64,000 bases of DNA from Octopus sinensis (GCF_006345805.1 NC_042998.1:130572001-130636000), one strand, 5' to 3'. Positions 1 through 13,889 are shown, counted from the first letter of the stretch. The notes: generated from the sequence alone by a model not told the origin. A program made the numbers and translations.

Positions 1-351
1 GCGTGTCGCCAGATCAGAAGCACAGGCGTGCAGCTATGAACTACTCCCCCACCTCCCTACTCTCCTGACCTTGCACCCTCTGATTTTCACCTCTTCCCAG
101 CCATGAAGTTGTTTTTGAAAGAAAAGCGTTTCCCAGATGATGCAGCCTTGATTTCTGAAGTCACGTCGTGGTTGGAGGACCAAGCTGGGGTCTTCTACAA
201 AAACGGTCTCCAGAGCTGCATCAGACGAATGGAGAAATGCGTAACTCAGGGTGGTTCCTATGTAGAAAAAGACTAATAACTGTGCCAAGATTTGTTGCTC
301 TACTGCTATGGGAATTGGGTCAGGGACATTACTTATTGAACGCCCCTCGTA
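1..351 (+). mobile_element. Mariner DNA transposon, 3' part (transposase C-terminus plus right TIR), frameshifted
   Basis: Frame 1 from 55 reads PYSPDLAPSDFHLFPAMKLFLKEKRFPDDAALISEVTSWLEDQAGVFYKNGLQSCIRRMEKCVTQGGSYVEKD* (stop 274-276), the mariner YSPDLAPSD motif. A 1-bp frameshift lies just upstream (YELLPH/PY). Ends in TIR-like ACTTATTGAACGCCCCTCG followed by TA at 350-351. Confidence 0.92.
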
Positions 352-446
352 TGGTGATGGAATGAATATATAAACTTTATTTCGTGTAATTTGTATTTAC
401 TTTTACTATTTGTTCATCTAAACATGTATATGTATATATAAATATC

Positions 447-490
<44 letters not shown>

Positions 491-759
491 CGCGCGTGTG
501 TGTGTTTCTGTGCATGTGCGTGTGTTTCACGTTATGAGAATTTAGAAACTTTGGAAGATGTGAAATAATTCGTTTTTTTCCCCCTTTTTAACTGTGCAAC
601 TCCAAGTGGATAACCTATAAGTGTTAGACTGTGTATATCAGATTTAAAATGTTTGGAAGACCAAAGCTAACATGTGTCACGGGCCGGCATCTTCAGATTT
701 TTCAGTACGAACGGTTTTTTAAAGCAAAAACCTTTTCCATTTCGACTTTCACAGCTACA

Positions 760-1165
760 GCCATATTATATAAACGGACATACATACACACTTACATGTA
801 TACACACACACGTGGGCACACACATGCACACACACACGCACACACACACGCGTATATATATACATATATACATTCATGCACATTTACACCCATAGACATA
901 CATGAATTTCCTTAACACGTGTAACCTACATGTGCGCACACAATGTGTAACCAACATGCGCGCTCACAAAAGTATTACATGCATATTACATACACTTGTG
1001 TGAATACATACATACATAAATACATACATACATAAATGCATACATACACACATGCTTATAGGCGTACACTCATGCATGCGCATCTACACATATGCATACA
1101 CACATGCATACATGCACACATACATCCATACGTACGCACGTACATACATACACACATATATATCA
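760..1165. repeat. Decayed (CA)n/(TACA)n compound microsatellite
   Basis: Interrupted CA, TACA and TGCA runs. Confidence 0.8.
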
Positions 1166-1536
1166 TGAACCTACTGTGTATATAAATAGAAATATTTGTA
1201 GATGCACTGGGGATAAGTTGTGTTCGTAAGGTATGTATAAATGCTTATAATTACGTACGTTGAGTTATGTATTACTGATAACGGTAAAGGAAATTATACC
1301 ACTGAATTAGAAATCAATTGATGTATGGCTAAACCTTTTAAAATATCGTTTTTGTTGATTTACTTCGCTTTCAGCAAGTATCTATGTGATAAATAAGGTA
1401 GATATAATCATTTTACATCTACCATGTAGCTGCCCTTATATTTACTATAAAAAAATTGTATCCATTGTATTGATTGATACCTAAAAGGTTTTACATGCCA
1501 GCTGCCTGATAACAGTCGATATGGATTTTATCTTTG

Positions 1537-1538
<2 letters not shown>

Positions 1539-1609
<71 letters not shown>

Positions 1610-1627
1610 TAATATAAATAATAATAA
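1539..1627 (+). repeat. (TAA)n microsatellite
   Basis: Near-perfect TAA run directly 5' of the R4/Dong fragment. Confidence 0.97.
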
Positions 1628-1944
1628 TGGAATTATTATTCCTAATATCTACGAATGATAAAAATGGTACTGAAACCTATTTGCAAATGATACCAGGCTT
1701 ACCATCCCTACAGGAAGTGCAAAAAATCGTGTCAACTGAAACGACTGGTTTACTGAGAAGAGCATTATCACTGTGAAAACAACATCCATTCATGAATTTA
1801 TTTATTTATTTAGTTATTTTTTAAAATACATACTTTACCTGTGAATTTGCGTGTTATTCCTGTGAATGCATACGATGAGCTTCTCTGCCCTAGGTGTACG
1901 GAAAACACTCGGCGAGAAACGGAAGAAAATTTGAAGAAGGAAAG
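1628..1944 (+). mobile_element. R4/Dong-clade LINE 3' fragment (copy E)
   Basis: About 1655-1776 reads (MIK)/GTETYLQMIPGLPSLQEVQKIVSTETTGLLRRALSL*, matching the C-terminus of copy A (IPGELCLKEIQKIVLTSTAHILRKTLSM*). The 3' UTR carries the hairpin at 1881-1918 and is followed by TAA-like repeats from 1945. Confidence 0.85.
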
Positions 1945-3806
1945 TAATAATATTATTAATAATGATAATAATGATGATGATAATAAGAATAATAATAGTA
2001 ATAATAATAATAACAATAGTATTATATATATATTCGCACACACGCATACACACACACACAGACACACACATATATATATATATATGTATATATGGATATA
2101 TATATATATTTGTACATACATATACACTTGTGAGTGTCTCCGAGCAGATGAGATATGTAATAAACCATAGAAATACCGCGTAGAATTTGGAATAATTAAG
2201 AATGAGTTGAAGGGGATTTGGCGCTTATTCTACATTTCATATAGCGACTTATCGTTTGGGTAAAGGTAGGACAAATTCTTCGTATCACACTACTCAAGTC
2301 CTTTTGTATTAGTTCGTAGTTTGCTTATACAATATTATTGAGGGGAAATTGTAAGCTTATATGAAAGTAAAGAAACTGAAAACATCTAATCTAATCATAT
2401 TTAGTTTCATAAAATGAGACCTCGATCACATGTTTTTTCCCTTGCAATTCCTAAATAATCATAAACTTAGCAATCGTTTTAAACGATACGTTCTCGCCCA
2501 CATTATACAAAACTTTTTGTCAACTATGCAATGTCACACATTATGAGACACTGTATGCTCACACCACCAAACTTGCGCAATATGCATTTCCACCTTTATT
2601 ACAATCATGAATATAAACCCAGCAAAAGTAACTTTCAAATTTAAAAATTGAAGTAACTTATTGAAGGCTTCAGCACACCTTCATCCTACATTACACGTAT
2701 GGCAGTGTGAACCAGTTCCCCTCGAAATCCAAGTGAAGTTTATTACAGTTCCCAATGAATAAATTGTATTCACTTAGAAAACTTGAACGATGGATATAAT
2801 GATTAGAGACTCAAAGGGATACGGACGATATAAGTGCAAGGGTAACATCCTTGAAGCAGTCAATGCCACTGAAATGAAAAGATTCAGCAAATTCAACCTG
2901 TTTCATGGAATTTTAGAGAATATTTTCATTCAGTAAGATAATAAGAACATCAGTAATTCGACAAGCGGTAAGGAATTTTATTGGGTGAAACAGTTGGATT
3001 CTTCATTTCAGTTACATAAATTAAGAATTACAACATGAAACGTTCTTTCTATAAGTTCAGGTTATATACATTTCATAATTTTGTAACTTGCTACAGTACT
3101 AATATCTGAATTGCAGATATAAGAAAATATTTTATAATATATAAAGAAGTCCATATAAGCACTATAATTGGCGCCAACGTAAAGTTAGCCAACTTTCTTA
3201 GCCATCACACGGAATTTGTCCCGAGGTTAATATCTCGAAATTATAAAAACCAGACACATGCAAAAAGCAGACCAACCCCTCCTCCTCTATAATTAAATAC
3301 TTCGCAGATGACTTAAGAATCTATCTTCTGACGGGAGCCTTTTCAAAACGATTATCCTAAATTTTAGCGATAGAGTAACAAGATGTTAATCTAACGTGAA
3401 ACTAGTGAACAACCAACAGATCCCAAAACGAATACTACCGCCATAGCCAACACTACTCCACACCACTCTCTTAGCATAAGAAAACATTATGGATATAATT
3501 TAGCTGAATCCGCCGCTTAATCACCGGCATATACAGGAACTGTCTCACAGTAAGATCGTATTTCTGAACTACAGTGCAGTATCACAGGATAAAGTAAACA
3601 TGAACTGTTATTGTGTAAACCACTTTTTCCAGATTTCATAATTCAATTTGCAGCAAAAAATACAGCTAAGCGATATCTGCTGAAACCACTCAAGCCACCT
3701 ACACAGAGGATTGTTCCATTCTAATTCGCTAATATACAGATCAAACAAAGCGAATGCAGTTGGTAAAAATAAAAAAATATACGAGAGACGCACCAAACAC
3801 AATATT

Positions 3807-4161
3807 GGATGGAAGCACTCCGAATCAACGGAACAGCCTGCTCTTGAAATTAACGTGTAAGTGGCTGAGCACTCCACAGATACGTGTACCCTTAACGTAG
3901 TTCTCGGGGATATTCAGCGTGACACAGAGAGTGACAACGCAGGCCCTTTGAAATACAGGTACAACAGAAACAGGAAGCAAGAGTGAGAGAAAGTTGTGGT
4001 GAAAGAGTACAGCAGGGATCACCACCATCCCCTGCCGGAGCCTCGTGGAGCTTTAGGTGTTTTCGCTCAATAAACACTCACAACACCCGGTCTGGGAATC
4101 GAAACCGCGATCCTATGACCGCGAGTTCGCTGCCCTAACCACTGGGACATTGCGCCTCCAC
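3807..4161 (-). mobile_element. tRNA-derived SINE (type A), nearly complete, with 12-bp TSD
   Basis: Minus-strand head GTGGAGGCGCAATGTCCCAGTGGTTAGGGCAGCGAAC...GGTTTCGATTCCC (A/B boxes). Homologous to 20776-21118. Direct repeat AAACACAATATT at 3795-3806 and 4162-4173. Confidence 0.9.
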
Positions 4162-5098
4162 AAACACAATATTATAGCTATTATGTAACACAAAATAAGG
4201 GGTAAGTGAAGCTCCATTTTTCTGCCGAAATCTGTTTTATCATAGTAGTGTTCGGTGCAAGTACTTAAGTTAAACGGTGCAAGTGCATAAGGTAAGTCAA
4301 TAGCTGTGATTGCAACGTAACTTGTAGGTGGATTGCATGGTCGAATATACAAGTCTGTAATATTTCTAGGTAGACTATTTATACGTAAGGAATTTAGCGC
4401 CCACTCCAAGTTTTTTATCTTCTTCCTGTATACATTTTACTTGTGAGTATGCAATACACTTTTAATCTAATGCATTATACTGCAATATATTTATCATACT
4501 ACAACGTTGTGTGCTAGAAATATACCTTCCGCTTTATTACTGTATTTCTTAAAATAGGTTCAGTAATGTGTACGAAAAATATAACCGACAGGTTGCCCTT
4601 GATAGGTCTTAAGATATTAATAATTGTTCGGTTTGTTAGGTTAGCTGATCTTATTGTAGTTTCTGAATTGCTAATGGCTTATATATAGAAATAGGTGAAG
4701 TACATATATATATATATATATATATTGACTTTTACAATTACGTCTGAGACTAATGAGAAAAATAGATGAAGTTGAGAACAGATTAGATGTTTCGAATGCT
4801 TGTAGCAGAGCGACTTTCGTTGAAAGCACCCGAGGGCTAAGAGGTAGCATTAAACCATGTGAGTGATTAAATCTACCATCGAAGAACAAAAATAATCTTT
4901 CCATGAAACTATATACCCTTGTGATCATCAACACAATTGCAATAAGGAAATCACTAATGTTGCCTTCATTGCATGGGCGTTGGCCTGTGGTTCTCAGCTT
5001 AGTAACTAATAAGAAAGCAGCTGTCATATTACTACAGTGTCTTTGGCGCCATTGACAGTCAGTCACACCGCTCTCTGCAGTATTTTATCCTTTACTAT

Positions 5099-5196
5099 CA
5101 CACACACACACACACCACACACACCACACACACACACACACACACCACACACACACACCACACACACACCACACACACACATACACACACACACAA
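5099..5196. repeat. (CA)n/(CACAC)n microsatellite
   Basis: Direct reading. Confidence 0.95.
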
Positions 5197-6317
5197 ACTC
5201 CCAAAAGAATTGTTATTGGAAGATTATGTTCTCTATAGTAGCACTTCTGATAAAATCTGTCACAAGATGAGATCCAGTAATCTTTTTCCTGTTGTTTTTC
5301 TGCTTTAGAAATCGCTGTATTTGAATTATGGTAAACAAAGTAACAGTTCCATTAGTGTCACGTGGTTTCCATTTGGTCAGTTACCATCGTTACAAGCGAT
5401 TGATTAACAACAAATTGTTAGGACTACTAATAGTTGTTTCTATTTAACGCTTAAGAAAACAAATTCCAGAACATGGGTTAGTCCAATATATTGACACAAG
5501 CATTTGACTGATGCCTTATTTTATCTCACTTCATAAGGATTAAAGGCAAAGATAATCTCGGGGCGATAAAGAGTCAGAGCAAATACTACATAGCATTTTT
5601 TTGTCCGGCGTTTTAACGATTGTGACAATCCACTGCTCTGGGAATCCTTAATAGCAAAACATTGATTTCTCATTTTGACACAAAATCTCAATACCCAGAA
5701 GACGCAATGAAACCGCATGACACTATTTCAACTGCAGACATTATTGGTATATTATTGAATACCACTGAGCAATGTAAATCAAATGCATTCCTATAGAAAT
5801 TTCAGCATAGATCACACTTTTAAATCCTTAAACACACATGCTATCCTTCCTGGCTTTTCATTGCCCTAAGAAAGAAAAATACCACAGAAACAGTTTTTCT
5901 TACAGAATGAGCAACCAATTGGCCCTCAAATCTCGCCCAAATATCCCTTATTCGGAGGACAGTTTATATATTTTCATGTCGAGAATACCTGACAAATAAA
6001 AAGAAAAGGCAAGACTGAAACACGAAACTTCCGATAACAGATTTCGTGTAATCTTTTACACAGCAAGAGCAAACGAATTTCCTAACAGCAGCATGGAAGA
6101 TAAACGTTGAATATACGATAAAATGGTTTGCCTGACTTGCTAGAAGTCAAGACTTACCTGAATAGGGCCCCATCGTTCTAAGAACTAGGCGCTAGACAAT
6201 GTAATTCTAAACACATGTTTTCTGAAAAATGATTGCGGAATATAACTGCAATATTATTTTGCGTTCGGGTGGGTCATTATGCCAACACACCGATTCTATT
6301 TCCTTTTTTTAATCATT

Positions 6318-6433
6318 TATTTGTCAATTGGTTGTTAACTATTTAATCAATTAACTAGTCAGTTGTTTGACTACTCATTCGGCCAATGAATCAACCAGTT
6401 CAGTTGGTTAAGTAGTTAATCAATTGACAAATA
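6318..6433. repeat. Imperfect inverted repeat / small fold-back element
   Basis: TATTTGTCAATTG (6318-6330) and CAATTGACAAATA (6421-6433) are perfect complements. Inner arms ttaactatttaatcaa / ttggttaagtagttaa also pair. Confidence 0.7.
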
Positions 6434-6828
6434 GATAATAAAACGGTGAACAAGAATCAGTGAGTGTGTTTATTATTGGCATAATGCCTCTCAGGGGATT
6501 CAACAAAATATGTTTCAACACACGAATTTACATCAAGAATCTTGCAGACATGATAAATAGAAATAAAAGAAGTGCAATACTTTTGATCTTAGGTTTCTTT
6601 AGTTAAGGCTGAGATGAGCTTATTTTCAACAACGCTCCTAAATTATCGCAACTGAAATCTAATTTGTTCATGTAGTAAATGCTTAAGTTACAAGATCTTC
6701 TCAGAATAATACAAAATTAGAAAAATATATTCGCTAATGAGAGTTGTCAATGTATGGTGATTATTATTACACATTTTGCGTTACTTATAAAATGCTGTGT
6801 TAGTCACTATGTATATGGATACATAAAC

Positions 6829-6868
<40 letters not shown>

Positions 6869-7499
6869 TTATGAAACCAATGTCGGTTTTAAACAGTGGC
6901 AGCATCATTTGTACTTTTCTTTCGTCGATCGAGGATAAGCTTCGTTTATAGAAACATCACATCAGTGCTTTCTTTTTTTGGTATCTTTGATAACGAAGAC
7001 GTAGTGTGAAGTAAGTTGCTTAAGGATACAATAGACCACCTATTAATTTCAATGATATTGCTATTTAACGAAAAGGAAATCGAATCAATCACTTCCTTGA
7101 GATCAAATAGAAGTGAGGAGTAGAAGGAAATGACAGTAGAAAACGTACAAAGATGATAAAAATAACAATTAAACTAAGAAAAAGAACAAATGAAAACGGC
7201 AACAAAAAAAATGACAATGAAAGTGGTTATGACCAAGAATAACAGTAGAAACTAACAATTACCATCAATAAAAAAAATCGCTTGCTCACGCACACACACA
7301 CACGCACGCACACACACACACATAAACATACACATATTTGTATATGCACACGTGCACACGTACACACGCACACTCAGACAAGTACACATATATTTAAATA
7401 TTCTTAGCAGAACTAAAAACAGAAAGTCAATACAATGCAACAAATATTAAGTTCGCATATTGCATCTTCATCAGCAGTGTTATAGCAACAATATTATCA

Positions 7500-7980
7500 G
7501 CCTGCAATGCTTCAGTTGCAACAACAACAACAACAACAAAGAAATACTGCAACAACAAGAGCAACGACAAAATTAACAAGAACCTTCAAGATTAATAATA
7601 GCAACAATTATGTAGTGAAAAAAATAAAAGGATACAACAGAGAAGTGGCGAGTCAGATAAAAAGGATTATGCTGAGTATCAAGCGTAGATACGTGTGCAG
7701 TAATGATGCTGTAATTTTCCAGAGAAGTTAACTAATGGCGCCTATGATAACGATGCTGGCTGACGACGCCGAAGCAACGACGGCGATGACGTTGAAAACA
7801 ATGCTGAATATGAACATGACAAAAATCAAGATGATGACGATTATGATGATGCAGATGAATGTTATGTGGGTATTCTTGTGGATGGCAGTGGTGAGGATTT
7901 TGGTAGTGGTGATAGTGGTGCTGGTTGTTGTGTTGTCGATGATGATAACGGTGACGATGAGGATAATATTGTGCTATGGG
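7500..7980. repeat. Decayed trinucleotide repeats (CAA, GAT, GGT)
   Basis: Low-complexity triplet-phased sequence that produces the poly-Q, M-rich and V-rich ORFs. Confidence 0.75.
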
Positions 7981-8131
7981 TATTGTTTGTTACGTTGGCG
8001 AACGTTTCAAATACCAGAAGTGCATGCATGTTGTCGTAATAAACGGAATATATATGTATATTATTTTATGATATGCTTCTCAGCAGATTCAATTTTTGCA
8101 CGAGTCAAAACGTTAAGAATGACCTCAATCT

Positions 8132-8544
8132 TAATTCTTTATTGCCCACAAGAGGCTAACCATAGAGGGGACAAACAAGGACAGACAAAGGGATTAAGTC
8201 GATTATATCGGCCCTAGTGCGTAACTGGTACTTAATTCATCGACCCCGAAAGGATGAAATGCAAAGTTGATCTCGGCGGAATTTGAACTCTTGACGTAGC
8301 GGCAGACGAAATACCTATTTCTTTACTACTCACAAGGGACCTAACACAGAGGAGACAAACAAGGTCAGACAGACGGATTAAGTCGATTATATCGACCCCA
8401 GTCCGTAACTGGTACTTATTTAATCGACTCCGAAAGGATGAACGGCAAAGTCGACCTCGGCAGAAATTGAACTCAGAACGTAGCGGCAGACGAAATACCA
8501 CTAAGCGTTTCGACCGGCGTGCTAACGTTTCTACCAGCTCGCCG
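8132..8544 (-). mobile_element. tRNA-derived SINE (type B), head-to-tail dimer, with 16-bp TSD
   Basis: Two monomers with the GAGTTCAAATTCCGCCGAG B-box and central GCCTTTCATCCTTTCGGGGTCGATAAATTAAGTACCAG domain (resembles the Meta domain from memory, unverified). TSD AGAATGACCTCAATCT at 8116-8131 and 8545-8560. Confidence 0.92.
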
Positions 8545-8721
8545 AGAATGACCTCAATCTGTTAATAGTACGTATCTATTCATGCATTGCATGTATAAGA
8601 AAATCAAACACTGATTAGTTTGAGTAAAGAACTCTTGAATGACAAGAATATAAATGTTACTCAGTAGCATTAAAACAGGTAGTACAGCAGTACTAATAGT
8701 AATAGCTGTATTACTGTTGTT

Positions 8722-8930
8722 TTCAAGACGGTGATTTGATAGAATGGTTAGTACGCCAGACAAAAATGCGTACCGGCATCTTGTCCGTCTTTACGTTCCG
8801 AGTTCAAAATCAACCAAAGTTGACCTTTTGGGATGCGTAGAATAAATACTTTTTGAGCATTGGGATCGATCTAATTGATTAGCACTTCCTGTAAAATTTC
8901 AGACCTTGAGCTTATAATAGATATAACAAT
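8722..8930 (+). mobile_element. Degenerate type-B SINE
   Basis: gatagaatggttagtacgcc...tttacgttccgagttcaaa...gggatcgatctaattgatt aligns to the type-B copies. Confidence 0.75.
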
Positions 8931-10394
8931 TAATATTAGATAGAATGTAGACACATATATAAATACAGTGACAGATAGATATAAAAGAAAGTAAGAAAAC
9001 AGGTATGTAGTTTTATACAAAATTACGTTTGTTGCCTTTAGTCGAATGAAACTTTCTGAGCAGAAAAATAACAAGTGTCGTACAGTTTGTTATAAACTGA
9101 GATCACATGATTCAGAAGCAAACATCTTAAGCAGAATTTTATGCCTGCGCCTAAGTGATATGTGCTGTACCCAAGATATAATATATCGTTGTTACCCACT
9201 AAAATATTTACACGTTCATACACATATTTGAACATGAGCTTATTCAAGCAGAAATTGGCGTGATTAACATAATTGTATAATTGTTCCTACTTTGGTACCT
9301 AGATATTATTTCGAGTGTAAGGACTTCTATCAGAACTGAATGTTTTGTACTTGATAAACATCAAAATCACATTAATAAACAATAGAATTAACAATGACAG
9401 TAAATGTAACCCCATTAAAATTATCCCCATCATTATGAATAAAAAGATACGAAATGTAATTTAAAATCGAATCGATGATATTACTATCAATTGTCACAGA
9501 GACAGTGACAATTAAGAAGCAATAAATATCAATTAAATAGTTAAAAATTCTTAATGTCACTTCTCGATACAGAAATGGAATCTGTTTGCCACCTTGATCT
9601 ATCTTAATTGTATATCTACTACTAGAAGCAACGATGTCAATAATCTCTCAGTTGAACCAAAAAGTAAAACATAACGACTCATACATATACATATGCATGC
9701 ACACACGCACACATACATAGATACATAGATACGCATACAGGCACTCACATATGAATATAACCATGCTTCTGGAGTGGTTTCTACAACCAGAATCCGATAT
9801 AGGTAACAGTTTTTATTATATGTTGTTCATTTATATTACTTGCGTTACAAATTTTCTCTCTTTTTTTTTCCTCTTCCAATTGTTTAATATATATTCAGAA
9901 AGACATCTTTCACCCAAGAATCTGTAGTTGACATCTTACTTTCTGTGAAAATTTCTCAGAAAAACTATTTATGTAAAAATAAATAAGTAAATAATAAATA
10001 AATGCTAATAAAATGGTAAGCAAGACACAAGAATGCATCAGTGGAATTTCTGCATGGTATTCAGAAATGTCAAAAATGGAGAAAAGACAATGAAATAAAG
10101 AATGATAGAAAAATAGAAACACATAAAGAAAGAACGAGGGAAAGCTATAGAAACAGGGAGACAAAGGAAGAAATAAATAAATAGTCGACTCTTGTGAGAA
10201 TTTTGAGAATTTTGAGTAAAATATCAACATGTCTCGTTTCACTCTACTTGGAAAGAATTTCTGGAATGGAAAAGAGATATAATAAGTTGCTTAAATGGAT
10301 TTCAGATGGTTATTATATTTACTTTTCAATACGCAATAGTGCATACTGATATTTGTATGTACACACACACACACACACACACAGAGACTTATAA

Positions 10395-10428
<34 letters not shown>

Positions 10429-11192
10429 ATGATTTCATGTATTTTATGTATATACATTTGTATCTATATACTCTATGTATGAAAGCATATTTCTTTATAT
10501 CGGTGTAGAAGTACTGAATGTATATGTGCTTGAGTGAAGAGCCATAAAGCAAGTGTGTAGCACGTAAGGCGTATCATAATACGAATGCCACTACTATCAT
10601 TCGTTAAGGGCGAAAGTATGAATATCACAACATCTCGTTTCTTGCAACTGCGGAAAATGTAGAATATTTCCGAAGCAACCAAAACCGTTATGGTAGTGTC
10701 TGTGCATCGTTATTGATATAGAACGAAAGATAATATCATCACGTCATATACGCAGCTTTTCCGCCTGGGGGAGAAAGTTATGAATATCTTGCAATGCCAT
10801 TCTTATCTTTCCATAAGTGTGCCAAAGCTAAGAAATTAATATTCTCAAAGAGTACCATTGTCTATTTGTGTCTCCGTCAGTTTCTATATGTATCTGTGTA
10901 GGGCCATCTGTATAAGTATATTTGGACGGACGTAATATATTCCTTTCGATCTCAGAGTCACTACATTGAAACTGTGATTCCTTCCAGTCACATGACTTTC
11001 CGGAAATGTATGGAAGTTACAACTTCGAACGTTTTGTCGCAAGTTTATATTTTGTGTCTCCAGAAATATATTAGCCAATATGTCGTTCTTATATATATTT
11101 TTAATGGTAGGGGTGACTTGAGAAGGATTGAACTTCATTTTGTAGCAACTCCATATAAGCTCATTTGATGGTTTCATATTATATTAATTTCA

Positions 11193-11378
11193 AACTTTGG
11201 CACATGGCCAGCAATTCCGGGTGAAGGGTAAGTCGATTACATTGACCCGGTGCTCTGCTGGTACATATCTTTTCGATTCCGAAAGGATGAAAGGCAAAGA
11301 AGATCTCGGCGGAATTTGAACTGAGAAAGAAAAGACCGACCAAATGCCACTAAGCACTTTTTCTGAGGTGCTATCAAT
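11193..11378 (-). mobile_element. Type-B SINE, diverged
   Basis: Plus strand gaaaggatgaaaggcaaag...ctcggcggaatttgaact is the reverse complement of the type-B core. Confidence 0.85.
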
Positions 11379-11769
11379 TATATAGGTTCCATATATTAAT
11401 TGGAACTGGGAAAAACGTATCATAGATCATGTTGCACTACTAGGGTGCTGTGTGGGCTCACAAGCATAATAACGTAAGACAAAATGCAACTTATCCTACA
11501 CTGTAGTGAGAATTACCAAACAGAATAATAACGTAGTAATTTAGAGAGAAAGACTTGATGGACAAGACGATGTCAAACGGTAGATTGGAAATGACCGAGG
11601 GAAGTATTTTGCACAAGAAACAAGAAAGTTAAGTGTAGAGCAAATTGAACACAGAGTAGGGCAGGGGATGATAACGACGTTGGAGGCTCTAATGGGCCAT
11701 TCAACATCACATGAAATCGATTCTACTTCATATTCTAATAAATCAGTGTAAAAAGTTTTGACTGTATTC

Positions 11770-11806
<37 letters not shown>

Positions 11807-12149
11807 GCACTAACTAGCTATATATCTATCTGTCTATCTCTACCTACCTGTCCGTCTTTCTGTGTGCCCGCCTATCTTTCTATCTATCTATTTCACAGCC
11901 TCTATCTCCCTCTCTCAAATACACACAAACACGCACACATACAAGTATAGGAAATTTTGTTCTCTAACAGCTTTAAAGCAAAACCTTATATAACGATTTA
12001 TAACAACAGTTAATACGATATAAAATATTTGTTTGTTAACAGCCTATCGGCATCTTGACTTGTTTCATGAGCCACTATTTCTTACATAGCACTGTGATGT
12101 GTTCTAGGAAATGGAAGTTACTAACTAGGAGTTATCTGTTAAAGTTTTG

Positions 12150-13100
12150 AGACATATTGCTAGCACTCGTATATTGCTTATAGGTGTAAAAGCATAGAAG
12201 GATGAAATGGGAGGAATCATAAAAAGCAGGCTTAGTTAGGAAGAATATGCCTGGAGTGCTATTGAGTAATGTTTTTAATATCGACTATATTACAAATGGA
12301 AACTACAGAAAATCAAAGTGGTGTTTTATACGGATTTGAGAACTCAGTCTATTGAAGCAAGCGCAGACTTCAAAACAATATGGTTTACTTTACCAAAATG
12401 AGATGCAAAATCGACATACTCAACAAATACCTATCCTCCAGCATAGTGAAATATTGGATAATAGCATTAAAATCAAAACGGTTTTAGTTTAAATCTAAGC
12501 CAAACGATAAGATCTGAAAACAAGTGTAAAACATATTGATCAAAATACAGTATATATTGAATTTTTAAAAAATGCTGGAAAATATAGTTAGTGGTAACAG
12601 TTTAATGTAATAAGCAAGAACAATCCATTTAGAAACCTTTATGCAATTAGGTAAAAACTAACATTATTGTAATCATTCCAACAGTGCAGCAACCAGCTAG
12701 AGACATACTTCAGACCTAGATTCCTTCAATAAAATACAGACTTATCGTACCAAGAGTAATGAGGAGAGAATACCTAAGTACCCTCGCAATAGTATATAAG
12801 TGTTGGCAGAATAAAAAAAAATTCCATGCTCTGAAATTAGTTAAATAGAGACGACATCTGCAAGAAAAATAGTACTTCAGTCAGTGTCAACTCACTTATT
12901 CGTGTAAATATCAATTAGAAATATGGAGTATTCTGATACAAATGATAACATTTTTGTAAGAATAAAGTAGAGCACACCTATAATCTTTTGCTCAGGGCTA
13001 ACTCTCAAACAACTATTCTATTAAAATCACATTTTCTTTATCATTTACTATACGCTGGAAAAATTTGGAGTGAAATGTGTGATTCATTTTGATAATTAAC
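12150..13100 (+). mobile_element. Possible highly decayed L1/Tx1-like LINE 3' remnant
   Basis: Only fragmentary peptides (THLFV, EIWSILIQMI near 12890-12950) recalling the C-terminal cysteine-rich region; many stops. Confidence 0.25.
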
Positions 13101-13276
13101 TTGCGCGTATATTCCATATAAAACGTTTTGTTTATATGGAGATAAATAGCATCAAATCCAAACACTAAAAGTATGAAAAGCAGGCTAGAGATTTAAGGTA
13201 AGCACAAACTAACTATATAATATGAGAGAGTAGACATGCTTGTCTAACGCAATATATTAGTATTATTTAGCCAAAA

Positions 13277-13660
13277 GGCGGCGAGCTGGCAAAAAGGTTA
13301 GCACGCAGGGTGAAATGCTTAGAAGTATTTCGTCTGCTGCTACGTTCTGAGCTCAAATTCCCCTGAGGTTGACTTTGTCTTTCATCCTTTTGGGGTCGAT
13401 TAAATAAGTACCAGTTACGTACTGGGGTCGATGTAATCGACTTAATCAGTGTTTCTATCCTTGTTTGTCCCCTCTGTTTTTAGCCCCTTGTGGGTAGTAA
13501 AGAAATGGGTATATCGTCTGTCTTTATGTTTTGAGTTCAAATTCCGTCGAGGTCGACTTTACTTTTCATCTTTTCGGGGTCGTTGAATTAAGTACCAGTT
13601 ACATACTGGGGTCGATCTAACCGACTGGGCCCCTCCCCTTGTGCCTAGAGTAGAAAAGAA
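13277..13660 (+). mobile_element. Type-B SINE dimer with 16-bp TSD (1 mismatch)
   Basis: Head GGCGGCGAGCTGGC...GTTAGCAC; the second monomer starts after ...GTAAAGAAATGG. TSD TATTATTT(A/C)GCCAAAA at 13261-13276 and 13661-13676. Confidence 0.9.
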
Positions 13661-13676
13661 TATTATTTCGCCAAAA

Positions 13677-13850
13677 AGATGGTGAGCTGGCAGAATCGGT
13701 AGCTCCCCAGACAAAATGCTTAGCGGCATGTCTTCCGTATTTACGTTCTCAGCTAATACTTCACCGAGCTTGACGTTGCCTTGCATTCTTTCGGTGTCGA
13801 TAACATGCGTGTTGACAACTGGGATCAATTTAACTGATTAACAATCAAGA
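13677..13850 (+). mobile_element. Older type-B SINE immediately downstream of the dimer
   Basis: gatggtgagctggcagaatcggtagc...tttacgttctcagc...ttctttcggtgtcgataa...actgggatcaatttaactgatt. Confidence 0.8.
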
Positions 13851-13889
13851 ACAAAATTACTGTTTTGTGTATTGAGTAGAAAGGATTCT

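Noticed and set aside
4085-4161. tRNA-like sequence (also at 20776, 18600 and 37624)
   Set aside because: These are SINE heads: they continue into SINE bodies and lack a complete cloverleaf and terminator.
4113-4409. 98-aa ORF MEWALNSLRINSLP...
   Set aside because: It has a non-ATG start, no known motif, and its end runs into a SINE head.
4749-4858. Possible exon LMRKIDEVENRLDVSNACSRATFVESTRGLRGSIKP followed by GTGAGT
   Set aside because: The donor is good, but the acceptor is weak and the peptide unrecognised; not supportable without expression data.
7735-8217. 160-aa hydrophobic ORF resembling a membrane protein
   Set aside because: It spans decayed GAT/GGT triplets and runs into a SINE.
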